DNA from: a virus
Lineage: Duplodnaviria; Caudoviricetes
Direction: 5' to 3' (one strand)
DNA: 64,000 nt
IMG/VR virus record: IMGVR_UViG_3300041964_000148
The notes beneath the pieces are model-generated. The model was not told the origin of the DNA. It ran no database searches and worked only from the letters and a program-made list of their open reading frames with translations. The position numbers were made by a program, and so were the translations under genes. Positions 54,081 through 63,557 of the stretch are shown piece after piece (within the stretch, counting starts at the first letter, position 1; each line of letters opens with the position of its first letter).

Positions 54081-55319
54081 ACTTCCCCGACCTCGGCGTA
54101 AGCAGGTCGGGGATTTCAGTAGCCCTAAGACATGATGCTCTAACGAGCAAGCAAGTCCTGAACCTCTAGGCTGGTCTAAAAGCAGCCCCAATGTAGAAAT
54201 ATTCTTAGCCCCATTCTCATCAGCATCACCAACCCAACCGCAATGACCGCATCTAAACTTCTTGCCACTTCTGTACGATTCACCTCTAACGGGGTGGATA
54301 TGCAGACACTTGTGGCAGGTCTGGGATGTATAACGAGGGTCAACAAACACCAGATTTATGCCAAACTTTACGGCTTTATAAGTGAGGAACTGGCGAAGCT
54401 GAAAAAACGCCCAACTATTACTTCTCCGTCTCTCTGTTTTAGAGCGAGGTTGTTGGTTGGTGCGCTCTCTGATGCCCGTCAAATCTTCCAGCGCAATGGT
54501 TTGTTTGGTGTTTTTGGCGTACTGAATGAGTCGGTAGCTGACAGTATGATTAACTTGTGCCTGAAATCTTCGCTCTCGCCCACTCAACCGTTGCAAGACC
54601 TGTCTCGCTCTACGGCGAGTAGACCTTGTGCCTTTGGACGCTTTCTCTTGTAACGAAGCTCTCACACGAGAATACTTGTCACGAACGAGTGTTATTTCCT
54701 TTCCACTAAACTTCTCCCCATCAGAGGTAACAGCAATGTCAGTGCGTCCCAAATCAACACCCAAAACCTTATCGGTCTTTTCAGGGTTTGGTGGCTCAGA
54801 TTCAAGCTGAATTTGCAGGTAATAAGTACCGTCTTTCCGCTTAACCAATACTGCCGTTTTAGGGTTCTTTCCAGTGAGCAAGTGACGTTGATAGTTGCCG
54901 ATATGCAAAGGGAACTTTTCTCTCCCTTTCATCATGGTCAAACTAACACTCCAGTCTTTCTCCTTAAAAGTGAAAGTTCTGGCGTCATAGGTTGCACTGG
55001 TTGGAGCAAACCCATTGACAGGTCGATTCTGTTGCTTTGCCGTTTTGCGGTTGGCACAGACCCTACGAACAGCATGGATAGTCATCTGAGCAGACAAACC
55101 AGAGTATTCCCGCGCTTCCTTGTAAATCAGGGATTGCACAGCAATTTGGTTAGTCAGCCTTGGGTCTGTGTTTTTGTTCACGTACTCACAGCAGCTTGCA
55201 AAGGCACGAAGTACCGCATCAAGTTTTTCAACCTGATGTTGAGATACTTCGAGTTTGCAGCTAACCGTAAGAACTTGAGACATTTTCAAATGTTGAAGAT
55301 TATGCTGCCAATATACCAT
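54045..55319 (-). CDS. tnpB: RNA-guided endonuclease TnpB (reads through the element end)
   Basis: GVDLG / ALEDL / DADEN; Zn finger; likely start MSQVLT. Confidence 0.92.
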   Translation of the reverse strand: MVYWQHNLQHLKMSQVLTVSCKLEVSQHQVEKLDAVLRAFASCCEYVNKNTDPRLTNQIAVQSLIYKEAREYSGLSAQMTIHAVRRVCANRKTAKQQNRPVNGFAPTSATYDARTFTFKEKDWSVSLTMMKGREKFPLHIGNYQRHLLTGKNPKTAVLVKRKDGTYYLQIQLESEPPNPEKTDKVLGVDLGRTDIAVTSDGEKFSGKEITLVRDKYSRVRASLQEKASKGTRSTRRRARQVLQRLSGRERRFQAQVNHTVSYRLIQYAKNTKQTIALEDLTGIRERTNQQPRSKTERRRSNSWAFFQLRQFLTYKAVKFGINLVFVDPRYTSQTCHKCLHIHPVRGESYRSGKKFRCGHCGWVGDADENGAKNISTLGLLLDQPRGSGLACSLEHHVLGLLKSPTCLRRGRGSLNNCTTDEIIA

Positions 55320-55449
55320 GTATTTACTAAAAACGGGGGCATCGAACCCCCATTTTTAGCCGCTATACCTCCCCGTCCTATTGCCGCTCATCCTTGCCTG
55401 ACGGCTACGGAAATCGCGTCAATTGAGAGTGGGGATTCCCGCGATTCTG
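54078..55449 (-). mobile_element. IS200/IS605-family element (tnpB only; ends approximate)
   Basis: Right-end hairpin CCCCGACC..GGTCGGGG-AAGTTTA; left end GAATCGCGGGAATCCCC. Confidence 0.7.
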
Positions 55450-55649
55450 TTGAATTGTTGGCATTCGCATCTTAGACTTGCTAACATAGAAGTAACCAAT
55501 GGTCGGGCGATATAATAGGTACTTCCAACGATTTTCTTCTTTTGAGTTGTTTTGGAGAGTCCCAATAAATAATTTCTTGATTCATGGTTTTGCTTATAGC
55601 TATCAGGGGCTGTCTCACCACTACGAGACAGCCCCTTTTGTTTGTAGTT

Positions 55650-56612
55650 TTAAACGAGATCCTCAAGTTTTATCTTTTTCTTGTAAGCTGTTTTCTTGAG
55701 TTTTTGCAGCGCCTTATTTTCGATCTGCCGAACTCGTTCTCGACTTAAATCTAATATCCTACCTATTTCAGCTAGGGTCATTGGCTCCCCTTCTCGACCA
55801 AAATATCGAAACTGAATTACCTCACGCTCTCTAGAGGTTAGATTATCCAATAAAACCCCCGCTGCTTCTTCTAAATCTGGGGAAACTGGGTCTTTTTCAT
55901 CCGGGATTAAATCTATTAGCTCAGTCTCGCTGTCCTTCCCGATAGGAGTTGACAGCGATACGACTTTTCTACTATGGCTTAGAACCTCGAATACATCTTC
56001 AACCTTTATTCCTAGCGCTTCTGCAATATCAGCCGCTTTTGGAGTCCTGCCCAGTTTGGATGCTAGTTCCCTAGATGCCTTCTTGATCTTGTTGAGTTTT
56101 TCTGTCATGTGAACCGGGATTCTGACTGAGCGAGAGTCAATGGCGATCGCGCGCGTAATTGCTTGGCGAATCCACCAGTAGGCATAGGTTGAGAATTTGT
56201 AACCTTTTTCCGGGTCAAATTTCTCTGCTGCTCGTTGCACCCCTAAATTCCCTTCTTGGATTAACTGCTGGAAATCCAAACCCCGATTTTGATACTTTTT
56301 GGCGCAAGCGACAACTAATTTTAAATTCGATGTCACCATTTTTTCTTTGGCTTTCATCCCTTTTCTCTCGGTGCGAAGAAGTTGGGACGGCTCCATGTTG
56401 GCAGCATCAGCCCACTCTTCTAGTGATGGCTCCCTCTCAAGAGTCCCCTGGAGAACCTCTCGGATTTCCTGCAACCTAACTAGTAAGACAACTTGCCGAG
56501 AGAGTTCAATTTCTTCCGCTGGCTTAAGTAGGGGAATTCTACCGATATCGCACAAATACTGGCGGACGCCATCCGTTATCAATGGTTTTTGCTTAGGTTT
56601 TTTTGTTGGCAT
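55650..56612 (-). CDS. RpoD/SigA-family (group 2-like) sigma factor
   Basis: YL.DIGRIPLL, LIQEG.LG..RA.EKFDP.KGYKFSTYAYWWIRQ, LSRERVRQIE. Confidence 0.93.
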   Translation of the reverse strand: MPTKKPKQKPLITDGVRQYLCDIGRIPLLKPAEEIELSRQVVLLVRLQEIREVLQGTLEREPSLEEWADAANMEPSQLLRTERKGMKAKEKMVTSNLKLVVACAKKYQNRGLDFQQLIQEGNLGVQRAAEKFDPEKGYKFSTYAYWWIRQAITRAIAIDSRSVRIPVHMTEKLNKIKKASRELASKLGRTPKAADIAEALGIKVEDVFEVLSHSRKVVSLSTPIGKDSETELIDLIPDEKDPVSPDLEEAAGVLLDNLTSREREVIQFRYFGREGEPMTLAEIGRILDLSRERVRQIENKALQKLKKTAYKKKIKLEDLV

Positions 56613-56807
56613 GATTACCTGAATTGCTGATATCTAAGTTTCCCGTAAAAAAAATGCGATCGCGTTCTCTCATCTACGCATCGCATTTTTCCCTTTTTAG
56701 GAGCATCTTTTCTTGATAATACAATGTTTCCTCGCCAACTCGACATAAAAAAGCGATCGAGCTAGGAGTGCGATCGCCGTTATCAGGGTGCATTTGTCTT
56801 ATTCTAC

Positions 56808-57080
56808 CTAGCTAGTCGCTTCCTCTGCCAACCTTTGTGCCAAATACTCCATCACTACGCTATCCCCAAATACCGCTTGGGAAACGTCCAGGTTGCCTCC
56901 ATATCCGTCAGCATCACCAGTGCGTTGAAAGCAAGCGCGATTGATTGCCGTGGCTTCTTCAATCGTCAATCCCGCTTCAGCAATTAGATCAAACTCGTTA
57001 CATCCGTGGTTGCTAAATTTTTCGGATGCCATTTCTAGGAGTTTTGCCGCCAACTTGAGTTCGTAAGGCTGTAATGTCAT
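56808..57080 (-). CDS. hypothetical protein
   Basis: LL.MAS..FSNHGCN pattern. Confidence 0.65.
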   Translation of the reverse strand: MTLQPYELKLAAKLLEMASEKFSNHGCNEFDLIAEAGLTIEEATAINRACFQRTGDADGYGGNLDVSQAVFGDSVVMEYLAQRLAEEATS

Positions 57081-57119
57081 TTTTGTTGATTAACCTTTGT
57101 TTTGTTCATTGGTGGTAAC

Positions 57120-57198
57120 TTATCTGGACAGCTCTAATCCCTTATCTGGACACCAGGACAGTTCTTATCTGGACACTAGGAGAGTTGTTATCTGGACA
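57120..57198. repeat. four direct repeats of TTATCTGGACA (iteron/operator-like)
   Basis: Exact 11-mer at 57120, 57142, 57165 and 57188. Confidence 0.85.
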
Positions 57199-57256
57199 GT
57201 TGGCGATCGCATTTAATACAGAACCTGTACAAGAACGTGATCGCTTTTTGCTCAGG

Positions 57257-57724
57257 CTAGGGGACAAGGATTAAGTCTGGACTGGCGACAACCTCGCTTG
57301 CCTGCTCCCCTTGGCTTAAAACTAGGTTGCCAAAACCAGTGTGCCGAGACCAGAACCGAACGAGCATCCATCCGGCTTTAGTGCGAATTCGGGCAACTTG
57401 CTCAAACTCTGAACCCGCGTCTCGGTACAACTGCCGTTTCTTTTCCAGATCGTCTGGATACCAGTCTTTGGAAGTGTTCCTTTGAATAGCTGCCTTCATG
57501 TCATCCGTAGACATGGCATCGAAGCCAAATAATTTCACGCTGGCAGCGTTGATCCCTAACTGAATTGTCTCAAGACCCCTACCATAAATATGAATGGGTT
57601 CCAAAAGTCCTGTGGGTTTCTCTGCATCTTCCATTTCTTGGAGGATACTATTAATGGCGGGAACAATGACGCCCCCAAACCAAACGAAGCCTTTTGGCGG
57701 ATCTTGATCAAGCGATAATATCAT
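57257..57724 (-). CDS. putative PAS-fold protein
   Basis: N.A...LFG; WYPDDL; E..ARIRTK.GW. Confidence 0.5.
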   Translation of the reverse strand: MILSLDQDPPKGFVWFGGVIVPAINSILQEMEDAEKPTGLLEPIHIYGRGLETIQLGINAASVKLFGFDAMSTDDMKAAIQRNTSKDWYPDDLEKKRQLYRDAGSEFEQVARIRTKAGWMLVRFWSRHTGFGNLVLSQGEQASEVVASPDLILVP

Positions 57725-57783
57725 CGTGTTTTCTCCTGTTTTGTTGATGTGCCGTAGATTTCTGACATCTACGGCACATATTT

Positions 57784-58563
57784 TTATCTTCTTAAAATGA
57801 TGTCAGTTGGAGGCGCGATCGCTTCCACCCCAAGGTTCCGTGAAAGCTGGTATGCTGTTCCAGCTTCGTCAATAAACGTTAGGTATTGGTGGGTGATCAT
57901 TCTCCAGCTTCCGTTCCGAGAGACACAGCGCCAAGAGACATCCTTCCTGGTATCTTCGGGCGTGATCACGCCGTTCCTGAGATCTCGAATCAGTTCCCCT
58001 GTTTGCACCCGAAACTGGTATAGGTCGAACTGATGCCAAAATTCATGCCGTTGCCTGTTTACGGCTTCTTTGAGCGTCGTAGTTGTCAAGAGAGCTACGG
58101 AAGAGGCGCTCATAACAACCTGTTTCTCATCATGGACTCGCGTGATCCCAGTGATTAACTCTGGGTTTTCCATCATCCAATTGACCCGATTAAGTATTTG
58201 GGTGCTAGCCGTAAGTTCGCCAATCTCGACAGTTGGCACAGTGATAAGTGGTCCATTGCTCATGGTAAAGTCTCCTGGTTGTTGTTTTTGTGAAGCGGTT
58301 ACTGGGATAGGGTTGCGGTTCATGGCATAAAATATTTCCACAGCAGACTGATTCCATGCCCTGCAAGCTTTTGCCAACTCGCCCCTTTTTTCCCTATATA
58401 GTTGCTTTGCCGCCTTTGAACTTGGCGTAAAGATGCGGATCAGATCGGAATAGAAAGCCCCAGGGTAGGGAATGTTATATTCCTGGGCAAACATTTTCCA
58501 CGCCGCTTGACTAACTATTAATGATGCATCCCTGATTAATGATCCCGTTAGATCCACAGTCAA
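57784..58563 (-). CDS. putative PAS-fold protein (paralog of the neighbour)
   Basis: WH..DL; WRC.SRNGSWR; similar C-terminal tail. Confidence 0.5.
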   Translation of the reverse strand: MTVDLTGSLIRDASLIVSQAAWKMFAQEYNIPYPGAFYSDLIRIFTPSSKAAKQLYREKRGELAKACRAWNQSAVEIFYAMNRNPIPVTASQKQQPGDFTMSNGPLITVPTVEIGELTASTQILNRVNWMMENPELITGITRVHDEKQVVMSASSVALLTTTTLKEAVNRQRHEFWHQFDLYQFRVQTGELIRDLRNGVITPEDTRKDVSWRCVSRNGSWRMITHQYLTFIDEAGTAYQLSRNLGVEAIAPPTDIILRR

Positions 58564-59233
58564 ATTCCTCCCTACGCATCTTGGTTAACTGATCGAGTTT
58601 TACCCCCGTAACGGACGATATAAGCTCAAGTTCTTCCTCTGTAGGTCTGCTACCCCCAGCGATCGCACTCACTCGGTTTTCATGATCTGGAATGATATCC
58701 TCGAACAGCTCAAGACAGCCAGCTTGGTTTAGATCAACCAACTTGGCGATAGTGAGAGTCTCAGATGGCTGTTGGATGGAAGTTTCCAAGACATTTTTAA
58801 TTTTGTCTTGAAGAATATTCCAGGCTTGGTTCATTACCTCCACCAGAAACAGTGGGGAGAGTTTGCTTAGTAGCCGCAAAATTTCCCCAGCAATCTGAGC
58901 CTCATCAATAGGGGTTTCAGTCTTATTAATCGCGTCGAAAATGCGATCGCTCGACAGTCGCCCCCTCATGTAGTGATGAAGATCGTTCTCATTTATCTCG
59001 ATTGCCTGTGCTAGCTCGGCAAGGTTTTTGTCCAAGATCCCTTGTTCCCCTCTCTCCCATCGTTTAACCGTTTCTGCCGAGAAACGCTTGCACTTTGGGA
59101 GGTTGCGGTTGAGGTAGTCGGTCAAAGCCGTCGGATCTTTGTTGCCGATACGCGATCGCACAAAGCTCAATAGCGTAGCTAGCCGCGCACGAGTGGCTAG
59201 CTTTTCTTCTTCTGGTTGTTTTTTTCTGCCCAA
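58511..59233 (-). CDS. XRE-like HTH repressor
   Basis: FSAETVKRWERG..L..LA.AI; second HTH-like segment; divergent arrangement. Confidence 0.65.
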   Translation of the reverse strand: MGRKKQPEEEKLATRARLATLLSFVRSRIGNKDPTALTDYLNRNLPKCKRFSAETVKRWERGEQGILDKNLAELAQAIEINENDLHHYMRGRLSSDRIFDAINKTETPIDEAQIAGEILRLLSKLSPLFLVEVMNQAWNILQDKIKNVLETSIQQPSETLTIAKLVDLNQAGCLELFEDIIPDHENRVSAIAGGSRPTEEELELISSVTGVKLDQLTKMRREEFDCGSNGIINQGCIINS

Positions 59234-59492
59234 TCCCCTCTTCCTCCTTACTCCTCGCCAATTGTCTCATTTATCTCGTCTATCTAACAATTTAGTTCTC
59301 CCAGTCTCAATAACTTGATACCTAAGAGATATTTTGAACCCCTTGTCAGATTTGAATTTACTTGCTTATACTGATTGTAGTAATTAAACGAGAAAAACGA
59401 AACTCAGTTTACTCTTTTAATTCAAAAGCAAAACCAGTTTCAAGACTATCAATCACGGTTCTCCGTGCCAATCACTTCTCATAAGCAAAACC

Positions 59493-59759
59493 ATGACTCG
59501 AATAAAAACCAAAACTCGAAGAAAAACCAAAGCACCAAAAAGCCCGGAATCAGTTAACGTAACTAGTTCCGGGGCGATCGCAGTCACTTTCACGATCGAG
59601 CTGGCACCCCATTTATGCAAGAGACTTAACTTGTTTCTTGCCCTCAGGGGGATCAGCTTGCCAACTCTGATCGTTTCGTGGCTTGATCGCTGGCTACCAG
59701 ATATCTCTGTTTCTCAAGAGTCGCCGAATGAGGGGGCGCTCCTGGTGACTGGGGATTAG
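59493..59759 (+). CDS. small RHH-like DNA-binding protein
   Basis: FTIEL...L.KRL....A.RGISL..LI. Confidence 0.55.
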   Translation: MTRIKTKTRRKTKAPKSPESVNVTSSGAIAVTFTIELAPHLCKRLNLFLALRGISLPTLIVSWLDRWLPDISVSQESPNEGALLVTGD

Positions 59760-59820
59760 TTGTCCCCTCTGCCATCCCGCCTCGAAGGCGGGATGGAGCA
59801 AATAGCCTTTTGGAGGAGTA

Positions 59821-60039
59821 ATGGGTAAAACCCCTTTTCAACAGTTCAGTGATGAAGTTGATCGGCTAATAGTCAAAGCTGACGGAACAGGTGATCCAGT
59901 CGTTATTCAAGGAGGACAGATACTGAAAGAGCTTAGAAGCTCTTACAAGGAATTAACAGACGAAACTTTTGCCAAATTTAAAGAAGGGCAGGCACAAAAA
60001 AGGCAAGCTAGAAACAATGACAGACAGAACAGAAGTTGA
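59821..60039 (+). CDS. hypothetical protein
   Basis: GGAGG RBS. Confidence 0.6.
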   Translation: MGKTPFQQFSDEVDRLIVKADGTGDPVVIQGGQILKELRSSYKELTDETFAKFKEGQAQKRQARNNDRQNRS

Positions 60040-60590
60040 TTACGCAAGGGTTGTAGCCGAACTACAGGCTCAAAATATGCTAATCACACCAGAAGAGGAG
60101 CGGATTGCAGATCGGCTAAACAGAGAGAACCCATCCGGTTTCTTCGGCGGTGTTCGACGTGCGATCTCTGCCTTTACTAGTTTGGTCAAATGATTGGTGG
60201 GGCGGAGTGTGTGTGACGAGTGAGGGAAATTTTCCCAACTGCCCTCCCTTCGGGGAGGCGGACTGGGGCAATAGCCCTCTGGCAGTGCCAATTACGTTTT
60301 GCCTGGGACTGCCAGTTTTCTATAGATAGTGAGGAGAGATGATTCGCTTCGGTGACAACCTTTTGGGCAAGCCTACTGGTAATCAAAAAAAATCTTGCGA
60401 GTTATTTTGTAACAATGACCCTTATGATTATCTAGAGGTCAAAGTTCAAAGCGGTGAAATCTATTGGGTTAACTCATTGGAAAGTAGGCGTTCTTACGAC
60501 TTCTGGCCCTCAAGCTATTTTGAGCCGTAGTCATATATCACAATATAGGACTACCGTCTCAAGAGATGGATTATAGGCGGGGTATAGCTT

Positions 60591-61613
60591 ATGGCTTTAC
60601 GAATCAACACAGGCGGAGAACCAGAATCCCAAAATAATGAGGTTTTGGGCGAGATTGAAGAACCAATAGTAGCAATAGAAGAAGACGATTCAGTTCATGT
60701 CGATTCTGAGGTCGTTGAGGAGGACTATGTGATAGAAACGGAGGTAAATTCTTCTAAATCAGAGACTAGAGTTGGTGATGTAGAAATTATCAATTACTTG
60801 CCAAGGGTTCCTTGGGATGTTCGCGGAGGGTTTCGAGACTTCACTGACAAGGAGTGGGCGATCGCACTTGAGGATTTCAAGCGAGGATATGCCCCACTAC
60901 CTCAGGAAGACTGGGAAAAATACCAAATCCCTGAGGAACCCATCGCTTATCGAACTAGGGAAAAACTCAGTGCAAATTGCCTGAAGGTTTCGGCGGGCAT
61001 GGTTGGCAAATGGGTTCAGGGAAATACCAATAAGCATCGGCAGATGTATCCTAACGGATACTTGCAAGATGAATTTGGGTTTACTCCCCAAGCTGTCGCT
61101 GTGTTCCGAAACATGATGCGATACACCTGTAAACGGCGATTTAAAGCCAACGAGCAAGGGGTAATTGAGTGGTCAAGGCTTGACCGTGACACTTCCCCCA
61201 TGAAAGACCCAGAGTATAGCGAGGAAAATCCCGACTATATCCTCTGCTCTCTCTACTGGGAGAAAAGGGAAGAGATGTGGCTTGACTATCTAGACTTAAT
61301 GGATTGGATAGAAGACTATCGCAAGCGCCAAAGCCTTTCTCAATCCTCTTTTCAGCCAGAAATGCCCCAAGTGTGGGGCGATAACGCGGCAAGATCTGAG
61401 GCTAGGGCAAGAGAGGAGTTGGCTAAACAGGAAATCGTCCTGTTTTGGGGACGGCAACTTGACCATTTAAAAGATCAGATCGTAGAGATGGCTCGCGATA
61501 AAGCTCAGGAAGCCTTGGCTGAAGGATTTGAGGCGATATCTGAAGTTGTCAAAAATGCCGAACCAGAGGTTCCCACTGAGGGAGATGATTTCTGGTCGGA
61601 GGACGGTAAATAG
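60591..61613 (+). CDS. hypothetical acidic protein
   Basis: 340-aa ORF upstream of the actin-like gene. Confidence 0.7.
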   Translation: MALRINTGGEPESQNNEVLGEIEEPIVAIEEDDSVHVDSEVVEEDYVIETEVNSSKSETRVGDVEIINYLPRVPWDVRGGFRDFTDKEWAIALEDFKRGYAPLPQEDWEKYQIPEEPIAYRTREKLSANCLKVSAGMVGKWVQGNTNKHRQMYPNGYLQDEFGFTPQAVAVFRNMMRYTCKRRFKANEQGVIEWSRLDRDTSPMKDPEYSEENPDYILCSLYWEKREEMWLDYLDLMDWIEDYRKRQSLSQSSFQPEMPQVWGDNAARSEARAREELAKQEIVLFWGRQLDHLKDQIVEMARDKAQEALAEGFEAISEVVKNAEPEVPTEGDDFWSEDGK

Positions 61614-61678
61614 AGTTTACCTAGCCTAGACCTAGGCTAGGTACAGACTAAACAGCATCTAAACAAAAGTTACACATT

Positions 61679-62878
61679 ATGGCGATCGCAAAAATGAAAG
61701 CATTACCTGCACAAGCAGAAGAGGATAACGATATTTCGGTGACTCCGTTGCCGGGAGGCATCATTGAAGTCAGGTTGGCAGAAGAAATGGTTATGCCCGA
61801 TGGGGGCGTAACTATGATCAACGACACAGGGCGTTCCACCCAAAAGGTGGGCTACCTGAAAAACAGCAAGATAATTCTTCTCCAAAAGTTAACCAGCTAC
61901 CTTGCCAAAATCGAGAAAGAGAAGTTTGTCAAAGCCGGCGGAAACGATTTCCTGGGTAAGCAGGCGGCGAAAGCAAGCACCAAAAACCGACTAAGTTTTG
62001 AATGCCCAGATGCCGATGGCTCTTCCCAGTGCTGGAGTTTCGGACAACACGCCGCGAAGCACGGAGGCACTGTCGGTTTAGGGGAGAGCAAGGTCGTAAA
62101 TTTGCGTTTACGAATCATGGCTTCTCTAACCTCTTGGGATATAACCAGTGGAGACGTTAACTTGGGAGTAACCATCCCATTCCAGAACACACGCCAATTC
62201 ACCGAAGAGCGGATGAAGGCGGAAAAAGAACTGGAGGAACAACTCATCTGGACATTCAAGAGCAAACCCTGTGCGGTCAACGTAGTCCGGAAGTTGATAG
62301 CGCCTGAATCGTACTTTGGGGAGCGCTTGGCTTGGAAAGCCAAAACCGATGAAAACGGCAAGCCCTATCCTTGTTTTGAGGGAATTGATCGGTTCATTGC
62401 TGACATGGGTTTCCAGTCCTTCAACTTAATTGTTGTTGACGAGGAAAACAATTTTGACCCAGATCTAAGCGTTAGCTTGGACTATGGCGTCAACCTGTAC
62501 TACAAAGCGGTAGCCGAAAGCATTGGGTTTAAGAATTTCGAGCATCCTGCGTTTATCTTGGCTGTCAACGAAGCTTCCTTGGTGGAATCATACCCCTTCC
62601 AGATACCAGGGACGATGAATGTTATCGATCTGTCGGCACACTGTCAAGTCGCAAAGAACAACTTCTTTCAGGGGTTGAAAACAAAGCTTAACCAGTTTTC
62701 CTCGAACGAGTCTATCTTGCAGAGTATTCGGCATTTCACTGTAGTTGGTGGCGGTGCATACTTGTTTGGTGATCAATTCGTTGACTACCTGTCGAATTCT
62801 GAAGGTTTTGTCTCTCCTTTGCCCGACCTTGCTAATGCGATCAGCATGGCTATGGCAATGGGGGAACTACTAGGGTAA
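61679..62878 (+). CDS. ParM/StbA-like actin-fold ATPase
   Basis: Phosphate-1 NDTGRS.QK, APE, phosphate-2 ADMG.QS.N, adenosine VVGGGA. Confidence 0.75.
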   Translation: MAIAKMKALPAQAEEDNDISVTPLPGGIIEVRLAEEMVMPDGGVTMINDTGRSTQKVGYLKNSKIILLQKLTSYLAKIEKEKFVKAGGNDFLGKQAAKASTKNRLSFECPDADGSSQCWSFGQHAAKHGGTVGLGESKVVNLRLRIMASLTSWDITSGDVNLGVTIPFQNTRQFTEERMKAEKELEEQLIWTFKSKPCAVNVVRKLIAPESYFGERLAWKAKTDENGKPYPCFEGIDRFIADMGFQSFNLIVVDEENNFDPDLSVSLDYGVNLYYKAVAESIGFKNFEHPAFILAVNEASLVESYPFQIPGTMNVIDLSAHCQVAKNNFFQGLKTKLNQFSSNESILQSIRHFTVVGGGAYLFGDQFVDYLSNSEGFVSPLPDLANAISMAMAMGELLG

Positions 62879-62953
62879 ATACTCCACCTTCCCATCCTGT
62901 TGGGATGGGGGGATTGAGTACTTATCTTAGCTGCCCTTAGGGGCAGTTTTACT

Positions 62954-63526
62954 ATGACCAAAAACAAATTGCCCGACGATAGCAGCTTCCAGTTTGACCG
63001 CTTCAAAAAGCGATCAAATGCCGAACAATTCCGAAAATTTGGAATTAATCCAGCCGCGATGGAAGACCTAGCCTTGCTTCAGCAAAGACACAACCTATAT
63101 CCAGAGAATTTAGAGCAAGCAAAGGCACATAACCAAAATTGGGCTTTTGAGCTAGATCAGCGACTTACTGAATTGACGGGTTACTCTCTCCAATCGCAGG
63201 AGCTGTGTGAGGTGGCTGACACACTAGCAAGCTCGGAAGCGCAAATCGAACGATATGAGAGGATCTCCTCGCGATTAGCCTTACTAGAAAAAGAGAAAAA
63301 AGAAACCATTTTCCGGCTAACTCGTGCCGGAGCCAAGCAACTTTTACCCTGGCTCCCTGTAGCTGCACTGATCATCCTTTCCGCTGTTATATACAACCAA
63401 TCCAATGGTAACCGCACTCAGAATTCCTCAACAGGCCCGTCGCAGCTCCAGCAGCAGCCTGGATCTACAGGTTCAGCAAATCGAGAAGAAGCTCCAGTTT
63501 CTAAGCCAACAGGCGAGACAAAGTGA
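62954..63526 (+). CDS. coiled-coil membrane-anchored protein
   Basis: Helical N-terminus; one transmembrane segment. Confidence 0.6.
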   Translation: MTKNKLPDDSSFQFDRFKKRSNAEQFRKFGINPAAMEDLALLQQRHNLYPENLEQAKAHNQNWAFELDQRLTELTGYSLQSQELCEVADTLASSEAQIERYERISSRLALLEKEKKETIFRLTRAGAKQLLPWLPVAALIILSAVIYNQSNGNRTQNSSTGPSQLQQQPGSTGSANREEAPVSKPTGETK

Positions 63527-63557
63527 GCATAGGGCAAGTACCCAGCATCAACTAATA

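Noticed and set aside
60205-60240. Hammerhead ribozyme (TGACGAG...GAAA)
   Set aside because: Core reads GUGACGA instead of CUGANGA, and stems I and III could not be formed
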